A stretch of 32,000 bases of DNA from Desulfotalea psychrophila LSv54 (GTDB lineage: Bacteria > Desulfobacterota > Desulfobulbia > Desulfobulbales > Desulfocapsaceae). Of the stretch, positions 15,583 to 24,413 are shown in pieces. The notes beneath the pieces are model-generated. The model did not search any database. It saw nothing but the letters and a program-made list of their open reading frames with translations, and had not been told where the DNA came from. Each line of letters opens with the position of its first letter. The first letter of the stretch is position 1. The stretch is taken from NCBI RefSeq assembly GCF_000025945.1, contig NC_006138.1:3360001-3392000 (forward strand), in the 5' to 3' direction. The translations under genes and the position numbers were made by a program.

Positions 15583-18423
15583 ATGATAAAAGAAACACTT
15601 AATAATATGTCAGCAAAGATTGGTCGGAGATCTTTTTTAAAGCTTGCGGCTATCGGGGCCGGGATGAGCGCCACATCGGCACTTGCCGCCACCGATACCA
15701 TCCGCCCTGCAACCGACGAAGAGATAAAAAATCCCTTTCCCGGCTCAAAGCTGGTCAAGACAGTCTGTAGTATCTGCTCTGCCGGTTGCGGAATTATAGC
15801 AGAAGTGCAAAACGGAGTCTGGGTTCGTCAGGATGTTGCTCAGGACAACCCTATAAGTGAAGGCAGTCACTGCTGTAAGGGTATTGATCAGATTGATCTG
15901 ATCAAAAGCAAGCAACGCCTGAAACATCCCCTCAAGAAGGTTAATGGAGAGTGGAAAAGGATTAGCTGGGAGCAGGCTGTTAATGAAATCTCAGATAAAA
16001 TGCTGGCATTACGCAAAGAAAATGGCCCGGATGTGGCGATGTTTCTTGGCTCGGCTAAATTCAATCTGCAACAGGCCTTCTATTTTAGAAAATTTGCCGC
16101 CATGTGGGGTACGAATAATATCGACCACGTAGCCCGTATCTGACACTCCGCAACAGTCGCCGGTGTGGCGAACACGTGGGGTTACGGTGCTATGACAAAT
16201 CATTTTGGTGATGTTGTAGAACATTCAAAGGCTATGCTGATTATCGGGGCAAACCCCGCTGCAGCAAACCCTATTGGCATGAAACATTTCTTACAGGCTA
16301 AAGATCGCAACGCGGCTCCTCTTATCGTAGTCGATCCTGTCTATACAAAAACTGCAGCCAAGGCTGATCACTATTTACGCATTCGCTCGGGCACCGATGT
16401 GGCCTTTGTTTATGGATTACTGCACATAATCTTTAAAAATGGTTGGGAAGATAAAAGCTTTCTTGAAAGCAGGGTCTACGGCATTGAAGACATTAAGGAA
16501 GAGGCGGCCAAGTGGACGCCGGAAGAGACCTCCAATGTCACAGGTATCCCTGCCGCACAGATCATTCAGGTAGCAACAATCCTTGCAAAGACCAAACCCA
16601 CCACCGTTGTCTGGGCCCTTGGTATTACCCAACACAGCACAGGCACCTCCAACACCAGAATCATCCCTATCCTCCAGTTAGTACTGGGAAATATGGGCAA
16701 GAAGGGTGGTGGTTGCAATATCATTCGCGGCCATGACAATGTTCAGGGTTCAACGGATATGTGTTGCCTGGCCGACAGTCTACCGGGCTACTACGGTTTG
16801 TCCACCGGCTCCTGGAAGTACTTTGCCAAGGGTTGGGGAGTCGATTTCAAATGGCTTGAGGACAGATTTGCCGCGCCCGAATGGATGCCTGCCAAGGGTT
16901 TCTCACTGGCAAAATGGTGGCAGGGCGTCCTCCAGGAGGAGAAGACCTACTCATCAAGCCCCATCAGGGCGCTATGGGTACAGGGTAACGGTATCACCTC
17001 CATGGCCCAGACGGCAAAAATCCAGGAGGCCTTGGACAAGCTGGATCTCTTGGTTATCGCCGAACCCTTTGTCAACGAAGCTGCAGTCATCACCAATAAA
17101 AAAGATAATATCTATATACTCCCCGTTGCCACCCAGTTTGAAACCGAGGGAAGTGTTACAGCAACCAATAGAACCTCTCAATGGCGAAGCAAGGTTGTCG
17201 AGCCCCTCTATGAAAGCAAACCCGATCACGAGGTGATGTTTGCCTTTGCCAAAAAGTTCGGCTTTTACGACGAGTACACTCGGGCAATGAAAATGGGCAT
17301 TAAGGACGGCGTTCTTACCCAAGTGAAAAAAGACTTTGTCTGGCCCGATGATGCCTCGGGTGAGATAGCACGGATTGTGAAGACAATCGGCCTTGGTGGC
17401 TGGACAGCCAAGAGACTGCGCGAACATCAGGAAAACTGGCACATGTTCGACCCACTCACCCTTGCAGGTCGCGGCCCCATGAAGGGCCAATATTACGGGC
17501 TTCCATGGCCCTGCTGGGATGAGAAACATCCAGGCAGCCCCGTCCTCTATGACGTTGACACCCCGGTCAATGAAGGCGGCATGGGATTTAGAAACAGATT
17601 TGGCCTTGAGCATGAGGGCGTAAGTCAACTTGCAGGTGATGCAGTTACCGTCAAGGGTTCCAAGGTACCGGGTGGATATCCTGAAATCAGCAGGGACAAC
17701 ATCGAAGAGGTGCTCAGCATCCAGCTTACAGCTGACGAAAAATCAAAGATGGGTAAAAACTGGAAGGTGGATTTCAGTGGTATTATCCAGGAAAAATGTC
17801 GGGCTGCCGGCGTCGCCCCCTATGGTAATGCCAGGGCACGGACAATTGTCTGGACCTTCCCCGATCCTATCCCCAAACACCGGGAACCGATCCACTCGCC
17901 AAGACCTGATCTGGTAGAGAAGTATCCTACCTACGAGGATCAAACCAATAACTTCAGGGTCGATGTCCGCTTTAAATCAGAACAGCAGGCTCAAGACTGG
18001 GTAAAAGACTTCCCCACCATGCTGGTGACAATGAGGGTGGTAAACCTGAGCGGGGCGGGAATGTTGGAGAGAACAAGCAAATACCTCTCACATATAACTC
18101 CGGAGATGTTTGCCAATATCCATCCTGATCTCGCCTTGGAATACGGCCTTCGTGATGGCGATATGATGTGGCTCCATGCACCTCAGGGCACCAAGATCAA
18201 GGTTAAGGCCCAGTATAACTTCAGTGTCACCCCCGACAGAATTGCCCTGCCATATAACTTCGCCGGCATGATGCAGGGTGTCGATATGAGCCAGAACTAC
18301 CCGGAGGGCACAAAACCTTATAGCATTGGTGAAAGTTCAAACACAATCACCAATTACGGTTTCGATATTGTATCGCAAATTCCTGAGTTTAATGCAGGAT
18401 TATGTCGCATAGAAAAAGCATAA
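15583..18423 (+). CDS. Formate dehydrogenase catalytic (alpha) subunit, selenoprotein; UGA at 16141-16143 read as selenocysteine
   Basis: The two in-frame ORFs (15583-16143 and 16165-18423) are one gene. Tat motif RRSFLK, Fe-S motif CSICSAGCGI..CCKG, and FDH active-site context [43 protein letters not shown] before the ATG at 15583. No alternative start or RBS is needed for the second part. Confidence 0.95.
16144..16182 (+). promoter_or_regulatory. Bacterial SECIS-like hairpin immediately downstream of the Sec UGA
   Basis: Upper stem UCGCC (16157-16161)/GGCGA (16167-16171) with loop GGUGU. Lower stem 16145-16151/16176-16182 (ACUCCGC/GUGGGGU with wobbles), separated by an internal loop. Confidence 0.8.
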
Positions 18424-18436
18424 GGAGGAGTGCATA

Positions 18437-19003
18437 ATGAGTAGTGAACAAGCTCGAATGAAGTCTTTTTGCGACAGCGATCGCTGTATTGAGTGCTTTG
18501 GCTGCAGTGTCGCCTGCGCCGAAGCACATGACCTCCCCGTTGGCATAAGCCGCAGGAAGGTTATCACCCTATTTGAAGGTATTGAGGGAAAGGAGATTTC
18601 CACCTCAATTGCCTGCATGCACTGTGCCGACGCTCCCTGCCAAAAGGTATGTCCCGTTGACTGTTTCTATATCAGGGAAGATGGCATAGTCCTCCATGAT
18701 AAGGAAAAATGTATCGGCTGTGGCTACTGTCTCTACGCATGTCCCTTCGGCGCACCCCAGTTTCCCCGGGACGGAGCCTTTGGCACAAAAGGCGCCATGG
18801 ATAAATGCACCATGTGTGCAGGAGGTCCCGTCGAAACAAATAGTGAAAAAGAGCGACAGCTTTATGGGCAAAACCGGATAGCAGAGGGCAAGGTGCCCAT
18901 CTGTGCTGCGGTTTGTGCAACCAATGCCCTATTGGTTGGTGACGCCGAGGAAGTCTCTAATATTTACCGAAAAAGAGTCAGTTCCAGAGGTAAAGGAGCA
19001 TAA
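18437..19003 (+). CDS. Formate dehydrogenase iron-sulfur (beta) subunit
   Basis: 188 aa with four Cys clusters (CIECFGCSVACAEAHDLP, CMHCADAPCQKVCPVDC, CIGCGYCLYACPFGAP, CTMCAG..CAAVCATNA). AAGGAGG RBS. Confidence 0.93.
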   Translation: MSSEQARMKSFCDSDRCIECFGCSVACAEAHDLPVGISRRKVITLFEGIEGKEISTSIACMHCADAPCQKVCPVDCFYIREDGIVLHDKEKCIGCGYCLYACPFGAPQFPRDGAFGTKGAMDKCTMCAGGPVETNSEKERQLYGQNRIAEGKVPICAAVCATNALLVGDAEEVSNIYRKRVSSRGKGA

Positions 19004-19005
19004 AA

Positions 19006-19908
19006 GTGATAAAGAAATTTCTGATTTCTATCATCACTACCCTATCTTTGGCATCAGCTGCATATGCAGCTGATAGCCAAATTTGGGGGACGATGATAAT
19101 TCCGAACATCCTCGGTTATGGGCAAGAACAGTCACTACATCTAGGCCCATGGTTCACCTTCTTGCAAGGTGTCTATTTTTCAAAAATTTTCCTCGCCACT
19201 ATCATAGGCGTGCCAGCTCTCTTTCTCGGCCATTACCTTATCTTTGGCCCGAAAATATTCTCCCATGCTGGAAAAAAAATCTATATCTTCCCTGCCATGC
19301 AAAGAATCGTCCACCTGCTGGCAGCGGTGGCCTTTATCATTCTTATTCCAAGCGGATTAATGATCGTCTTTGCAAAGTATCTGGGTGGAGGTCCCCTGGT
19401 GGCAGGCGCCAGACATCTACACGGCATTGCCACCCTTATTTTTCTTCTCTCCCTGATTCCAATGTTTTTATTTTGGGTCCGTGAGATGCTGCCAACAGCC
19501 GATGATATCAAATGGGTTTTGATCCTCGGTGGCTATCTCAGTAAAGAGATAAAGGAGATCCCCGCAGGTAAATTTAATGCCGGGCAGAAGATGTGGTTTT
19601 GGATGGCAACGGTGGGTGGCCTTATTATGATCGGCACCGGAGCCGCCATGTATTTGCAGGATTTCAACTATGGTATAGCCAGCAGTTTAGGACTATCTCA
19701 GATTGACCTGCTGCGAATTTCTGTCCTTGTCCATAATGGACTTGCTCTTCTCATTACCGCCTTCTTTTTCACCCACGCCTATATGTCCCTCTTTGCGATA
19801 AAAGGGGCAATACACAGCATCATAAATGGCTACAAGGAACATGATGAGGTGATGTATCTTCACAGCTCATATTACAAGCAACTGAAGCAGAGTGGCAAAA
19901 TAGAGTAG
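19006..19908 (+). CDS. Formate dehydrogenase cytochrome b (gamma) subunit
   Basis: 300 aa polytopic with signal peptide. RIVHLLAAVAFIILIPSGLMIVF, ARHLHGIATLIFLLSLIPMFLFW and VLVHNGLALLITAFFFTHAYMS carry the expected heme-ligand histidines. Confidence 0.9.
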   Translation: MIKKFLISIITTLSLASAAYAADSQIWGTMIIPNILGYGQEQSLHLGPWFTFLQGVYFSKIFLATIIGVPALFLGHYLIFGPKIFSHAGKKIYIFPAMQRIVHLLAAVAFIILIPSGLMIVFAKYLGGGPLVAGARHLHGIATLIFLLSLIPMFLFWVREMLPTADDIKWVLILGGYLSKEIKEIPAGKFNAGQKMWFWMATVGGLIMIGTGAAMYLQDFNYGIASSLGLSQIDLLRISVLVHNGLALLITAFFFTHAYMSLFAIKGAIHSIINGYKEHDEVMYLHSSYYKQLKQSGKIE

Positions 19909-19930
19909 TTGCAAGAAGATTTCAGGACAC

Positions 19931-19993
19931 AGAATTGCAGCCGATAGCGCAGAATACAGGTAATTTTTCTCGGCTGCAGTTCTGCCTTTTTCA
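19931..19993 (+). terminator. Probable terminator hairpin after the FDH operon
   Basis: AGAATTGCAGCCGA (19931-19944) pairs with TCGGCTGCAGTTCT (19970-19983) with one G:U pair, followed by gccttttt. Confidence 0.6.
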
Positions 19994-20035
19994 CCTTCAG
20001 TGGGCAGGAATGGAGCAAAGAGTTAGAGAGTCGAA

Positions 20036-20398
20036 CTACTTCTGTAAAAAAAGTTCCGCAAAACGCTTATTGGCAAACTCCTCGACCTCTGCCTGGAGAA
20101 GACGATAATTACGGATAAGCTCTTTGGCCTTTGGGGTCAGGGTTGTTCCGCCGCCACTGCCCCGTCCCTTTTGACTAATCACCAACTCGTCCGAAACATT
20201 TTGCTGCAGGGTCTTAATATGAGTCCATGCTTTTTTATAGTTCATACCCATATTTTCAGCAGCCCTGGCAATGGAACCATCCACCTCTATTCGTTCAAGA
20301 ATTTCTGTTTTCCCCTTCCCAAAATGTAAATCATTCTGGTCATTTTCGATCCATATCTTGGTTTTGATGCTCAAAGAGTCCGCATTATCTAACTTCAT
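20036..20398 (-). CDS. ModE-type N-terminal winged HTH transcriptional regulator without ligand-binding domain
   Basis: 120 aa: GKTEILERIEVDGSIARAAENMGMNYKKAWTHIKTLQQNV..VISQKGRGSGGGTTLTPKAKELI is the ModE/LysR-like wHTH signature. No molybdate-binding (Mop/TOBE) domain follows. Confidence 0.85.
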   Translation of the reverse strand: MKLDNADSLSIKTKIWIENDQNDLHFGKGKTEILERIEVDGSIARAAENMGMNYKKAWTHIKTLQQNVSDELVISQKGRGSGGGTTLTPKAKELIRNYRLLQAEVEEFANKRFAELFLQK

Positions 20399-20631
20399 AA
20401 GAATGGTTACACGTAGTTTAATTTAAAAAAATTGAACGGTATTTACAGACAGGCAACATAAAGCTAGCCGATTAAGTGGGCAGAGGCAATTTCTTTTTGC
20501 CCCGGTGCCACCAGCCCCGCCAGCCCCTGCCTACCAGAAAAGCCAGGGACTACAAACAAAAAACCCCACAGTTCCATTACAGAAAACTGCGGGGCAAGAC
20601 CCTAATCCTCCAGGCAAATTCTCAGCAAATT

Positions 20632-21834
20632 CTAGGCAAAGGCAAATACATCGGTGAGATCACCAGGATTGAGAGTCACCCCGGGTTCCATGGCTATATA
20701 GCCATCGGCCTTAACTATGGAGGTGATCATATGCGATCCCTGTTGGTCGATCGGTTTAAAGGTGGGCTCCTCATGCTGTTTATTGGTGATAGCAACACGA
20801 ATAAAGTTTGTCCTCTTGCCCTTATTGGCAATGGTCTTCTCCGCCCGGGCAGAAAAGCCCTCATGAATATGCTCAAGGCCCTGCAGGGCGGCAAGGGTGG
20901 GCAGAACAAAGTTTTGAAAACACATAAAGGCCGATACGGGATTACCGGGCAGACCAAAGAGCAGGGTCTTACCTCGTTTGCCAACATAGAGCGGCTTTCC
21001 TGGTTTCTGCCTGATCTGCCAGAAGAGTTGGGTGAAGCCCGCCAGCTCAGCCGCCTCCTTGACATGATCATGTTGCCCCACGGAAACACCACCTGAACAG
21101 ATAATAATATCACTGTCCTGCTTTGCCCCCTCAATTGACTCTACGGTAGAGGATAAATCATCCAACACATGCAGACATTCAGCAACCACAGCACCCGCTT
21201 CCCGAATGCTGCCCTTTAACATCGGCGCATTTGAATCGCGAATCTGATATGACTTTATATCTTTATCAGCAAAGTGGGCCAGTTCAGTCCCGGTGGTGAA
21301 GAGGGATACCCTGGGGGCCGCATATACCGGGACAAAATCAAAACCAACGGCTGAGAGCAGGGCGATCTGACGAGATTTCAGCTCCTGGCCCCGACAGAGA
21401 AGAGATTCTCCCTGTTTAAATTCCTCCCCCGCATAGCGAACATCCTGGCCCTGACACTTGCATTTTTTAATGATAACCCTGCTACCATTTTCTTCAGTAT
21501 CTTCAACGCGAATAACCGTATCAACACCCTGGGCAAGCATGGCTCCGGTACTGATCCGAACGGCCTGCCCCTCCTGGACAACTCGTCCGCAGGGTGCCCC
21601 CGCCTGAGATTCGCCAACAATAGCTAAGGAGACCGGATCCTTTCCCCCGCCAAGATCCTGCCAACGAACGGCAAAACCATCCATGGCAGAACTTGTATAG
21701 CGAGGCGAGGCCTCGGGAGCCGCGATATCTTCGGCCAGGCGACGGGCAAAGGCCTCCTCAAGTGACACCTGTACTTTTCTTGGTTCAGGTAGGTTCTTCT
21801 CTAAAATCGACAGTGCTTCAGGTACAGAAATCAT
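20632..21834 (-). CDS. moeA: Molybdopterin molybdenumtransferase MoeA
   Basis: YTSSAMDGFAVRWQDL, GTELAHF, SGGVSVGQHDHVKEA, FGLPGNPVSAFMCFQNFVLPTL. Likely start is MISVPEALSIL at 21834, just after the moaA stop; the annotated ORF start is 21867. Confidence 0.95.
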   Translation of the reverse strand: MISVPEALSILEKNLPEPRKVQVSLEEAFARRLAEDIAAPEASPRYTSSAMDGFAVRWQDLGGGKDPVSLAIVGESQAGAPCGRVVQEGQAVRISTGAMLAQGVDTVIRVEDTEENGSRVIIKKCKCQGQDVRYAGEEFKQGESLLCRGQELKSRQIALLSAVGFDFVPVYAAPRVSLFTTGTELAHFADKDIKSYQIRDSNAPMLKGSIREAGAVVAECLHVLDDLSSTVESIEGAKQDSDIIICSGGVSVGQHDHVKEAAELAGFTQLFWQIRQKPGKPLYVGKRGKTLLFGLPGNPVSAFMCFQNFVLPTLAALQGLEHIHEGFSARAEKTIANKGKRTNFIRVAITNKQHEEPTFKPIDQQGSHMITSIVKADGYIAMEPGVTLNPGDLTDVFAFA

Positions 21835-21835
21835 A

Positions 21836-22846
21836 TCAACCCCCAATGGTCGCCATTGAATCTTCACATATTTTATCCTGCAACTCAGCCGTTACATGCC
21901 CATCTTTCAACTTGCCGAGGACAGCCTGCTGAATTCTCTCCGCCACCTCGACATCATCTGCCCCATTTCTGAGCAGGGCCCGCAGATCAAGCACGCCACT
22001 ATCATAGAGACAGTTCTTCAACATACCGCAGGAGGTGATTCGAACCTTATTACAGTGGGCACAAAACTTACGCGATTCTCCTTCAATAAGGCCGAGATTC
22101 CCCCTATATCCGGGCAGGGAAAATTTCCGTGCCGTCTCTATCTGGGCAGAAGAGATCTCCGTAAGCTCTGGAAAAAGTCTGACGAGACGATCCTCAAGCG
22201 ACAGGGCCTTCTTAATTTCCCCACTCTCCTTACCGGAAAAGGGCATCAGCTCGATAAATCGCAGTTGAATGGGATTATCTTCAGTTAATGCCGCCATCTG
22301 CCGTAACTCCTCATCACTGGTATCCTCCATGACCACGGTATTTACCTTGAGAGGAATCCCCAAAGAGAGGATCTGATGAAAAACGGCAAGCACCTTCGTT
22401 AAACCGTCTCGGCGGGTAATCTGGCTGAAGCGAAGGGGATCAAGGGTATCAAGACTGAGGTTTATTCCCCCAAGCCCCATCTCTTTTAGGCGGCCAAGAT
22501 GTGGGGAGAGGGCAATGCCATTGGTGGTGACCCGCAGGTCCAAATGCGCTGTTTGCTCCATCAGGGCCTGCATAAAATCAACACAGTCCCGGCGAACAAA
22601 GGGTTCTCCACCGGTTATCCTAATTTTATTCACCCCGAATCCGACAAAAATACGGCTGATACGGAGGAGTTCCTGATAGGAGAGAATTTCAGAGTGATCA
22701 AGGAACTGGACACCCTCTTCCGGCATACAGTAACGACAACGGAGGTTACAACGATCGGTTATGGAAAGCCTAAGATAAGTAATTGAACGGCCATGCGTAT
22801 CAACCAACTTAGACTGCGGGGAACTGGGCCCCGGTGAGACATTCAT
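21836..22846 (-). CDS. moaA: GTP 3',8-cyclase MoaA (radical SAM)
   Basis: Radical SAM motif CNLRCRYC, C-terminal Fe-S motif CAHCNKVRITSCGMLKNCL, and terminal Gly-Gly (SMATIGG*), as expected for MoaA. Confidence 0.97.
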   Translation of the reverse strand: MNVSPGPSSPQSKLVDTHGRSITYLRLSITDRCNLRCRYCMPEEGVQFLDHSEILSYQELLRISRIFVGFGVNKIRITGGEPFVRRDCVDFMQALMEQTAHLDLRVTTNGIALSPHLGRLKEMGLGGINLSLDTLDPLRFSQITRRDGLTKVLAVFHQILSLGIPLKVNTVVMEDTSDEELRQMAALTEDNPIQLRFIELMPFSGKESGEIKKALSLEDRLVRLFPELTEISSAQIETARKFSLPGYRGNLGLIEGESRKFCAHCNKVRITSCGMLKNCLYDSGVLDLRALLRNGADDVEVAERIQQAVLGKLKDGHVTAELQDKICEDSMATIGG

Positions 22847-22857
22847 ACAGACTCCTT

Positions 22858-22942
22858 TTCAAGTGGTGGAAGGCTGAACCGTTTCCAGTACAACCCTAAC
22901 GGCTGCAGACCATGATCCATGCAGAAACCGAAGGCCTTTTAG
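22858..22942 (-). ncRNA. Structured 5' leader of moaA; candidate Moco/Tuco riboswitch
   Basis: Reverse strand reads ACUCCGAGCUAAAAGGCCUUCGGUUUCUGCAUGGAUCAUGGUCUGCAGCCGUUAGGGUUGUACUGGAAACGGUUCAGCCUUCCACC. Possible stems: CCGA/UCGG, CUGCA/UGCAG and CCGUU/AACGG. It resembles, from memory, the Moco RNA motif and sits right upstream of moaA. Confidence 0.5.
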
Positions 22943-23099
22943 CTCGGAGTTATATTCTTAAGGCCCGACTACACAACACAGAGAGGCCCCCTATTTACCT
23001 AACAGAAAACCATCTTTTTCTCAAGTTATTCTAGCTATTAAGTGAAGATAAACACAGCTAGCAGAGAACTACAGCTATAAGCTGACAGTTAAAAGCAAA

Positions 23100-23290
23100 C
23101 AAAAAAAGTTAACCACAGAGGGCACTGAGAACACAGAGGAAATCAATTTAAAAAACAGAAAAGACAAATACTAGAGAAAAACAGGAAAAAAGATACGAGA
23201 AAGAGCAAAAAATAGTAGTAGAGCGAAGTGGTGAAAAGCAGAGGTGGAGAAAAGAGAAAAAAACTGAGAAGAGCAAAAGGGGGGAGCTTT
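23100..23290. repeat. Diverged copy of a dispersed intergenic repeat (aGTTAACCACAGAGG...ACACAGAGG..AATTTAAAAAACAG...)
   Basis: Shares GTTAACCAC, ACACAGAGG, AATTTAAAAAACA and GATACGAGA blocks in the same order with 26506-26790 and 29205-29450. Confidence 0.65.
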
Positions 23291-23350
23291 ACTTAAATTC
23301 AAACTCCCCGGGATAGCAGAGCTCAAACAAAGCCTGCCATATTTACTCTA

Positions 23351-23521
23351 CTAATAGGCACCACACTGCTGTTTGCAGCTGTATCCGCACTGGCTTGAAC
23401 TAGCACCAGATTCGGTACAGGCTCTCCAACAATCAGCATAGCAAACATGATCATAGGCAGAGGCACCAGTGGCAACTAAAAGCAGGGCAGCAAGGGTCAT
23501 AAGAATAGCTATTTTTTTCAT
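23351..23521 (-). CDS. Small secreted cysteine-rich peptide (56 aa precursor, about 34 aa mature)
   Basis: MKKIAILMTLAALLLVATGASA|YDHVCYADCWRACTESGASSSQCGYSCKQQCGAY. Clear signal peptide, GAGGAAG RBS 7 nt before the ATG at 23521, and six regularly spaced Cys. Confidence 0.75.
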   Translation of the reverse strand: MKKIAILMTLAALLLVATGASAYDHVCYADCWRACTESGASSSQCGYSCKQQCGAY

Positions 23522-24058
23522 TAAAAACTTCCTCGTCCAGAGTATAGGTGATCGTCTTCCGTTAAATCCCCAAGGGGGATACCAATTGCTACAGGGCGAA
23601 CTTTTGTCCTCTACCTTAAGGCAGAGATAAAGAGCGGAAAAAAGATACAAAGCAAAGAGATAGCTGTCAAGGAATTCACAACTGACCTCTCACCCCCACA
23701 AGCAACAGGCGCACCTATTAGCAACAGCAACTATTTGATTTTTCCTGAATAAATAAGTGAAAGCAGAGTCACCCTTTAGCAAAATATTCAACAGTTACAA
23801 CCAAAACCTGCCCCGTCCTAACTTTTCCCTTGACTCCTGCTTGACGCCGCTCTGTCTTTTTGTTATTCAACAAGTAAAATACACTAGCAACGACCTTGTT
23901 GCCCAGATAGAACTTACTGGCTTTACTCGATTATGTCCTCCTACACATTCAGAAAAAGTTGGCGGAGTCATGGCAAGCAGCAAGAAGAAAATCAAAAATT
24001 GACCGGAGCATAATGGAGCACTGAAGCAACCAGACCAATCCTCTTCGTCGTCACCTTG

Positions 24059-24325
24059 AACAAATATTGGCTGATAGAACAGGAGATGAAGGATTGCCAG
24101 GACATGGCCAAGAGAAAAGGGTCAGTTACGACTACACCGCCACGCGAAAATGGTGCCATGTGGGAGGATAGATACCCACGAAATGATGCTGTAAAAGCAC
24201 TGAAAAAAAGATGGCAGGAAAGCACAGGGTTCCAGCAAAGGTCTCTTGCTGAAACGGCGATGTATCGCTACAAGCAGTTCATTCGTGATAAATTGGCCTC
24301 CGCAAACACAAGGTCAAGCTGGTAA
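24059..24325 (+). pseudogene. Remnant of an IS5-type transposase C-terminal region
   Basis: TTPPRENGAMWEDRYPRNDAVKALKKRWQESTGFQQRSLAETAMYRYKQFIRDKLAS matches the familiar IS5-type C-terminal pattern (PPR.NA..W....R..A......W....GY..RSLAETAM.R.K...G..L.SR). No N-terminal catalytic part is present. Confidence 0.7.
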
Positions 24326-24413
24326 GGGCCACTGCTATCAAGGCCGACGGAAATCATCAAATGGCAATTTTTAAGTAGTATACGTTTATTGAAAAAACAA
24401 AGGAAAAGAAGAT

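Noticed and set aside
16165-18423. 752-aa ORF as an independent gene starting at 16165
   Set aside because: It has no RBS and is in frame with the upstream ORF. It is the C-terminal part of the selenoprotein.
23757-24002. Plus-strand 81-aa ORF before the transposase remnant
   Set aside because: It has low-complexity mixed composition with no RBS or recognisable motif, and is not supported as a gene.
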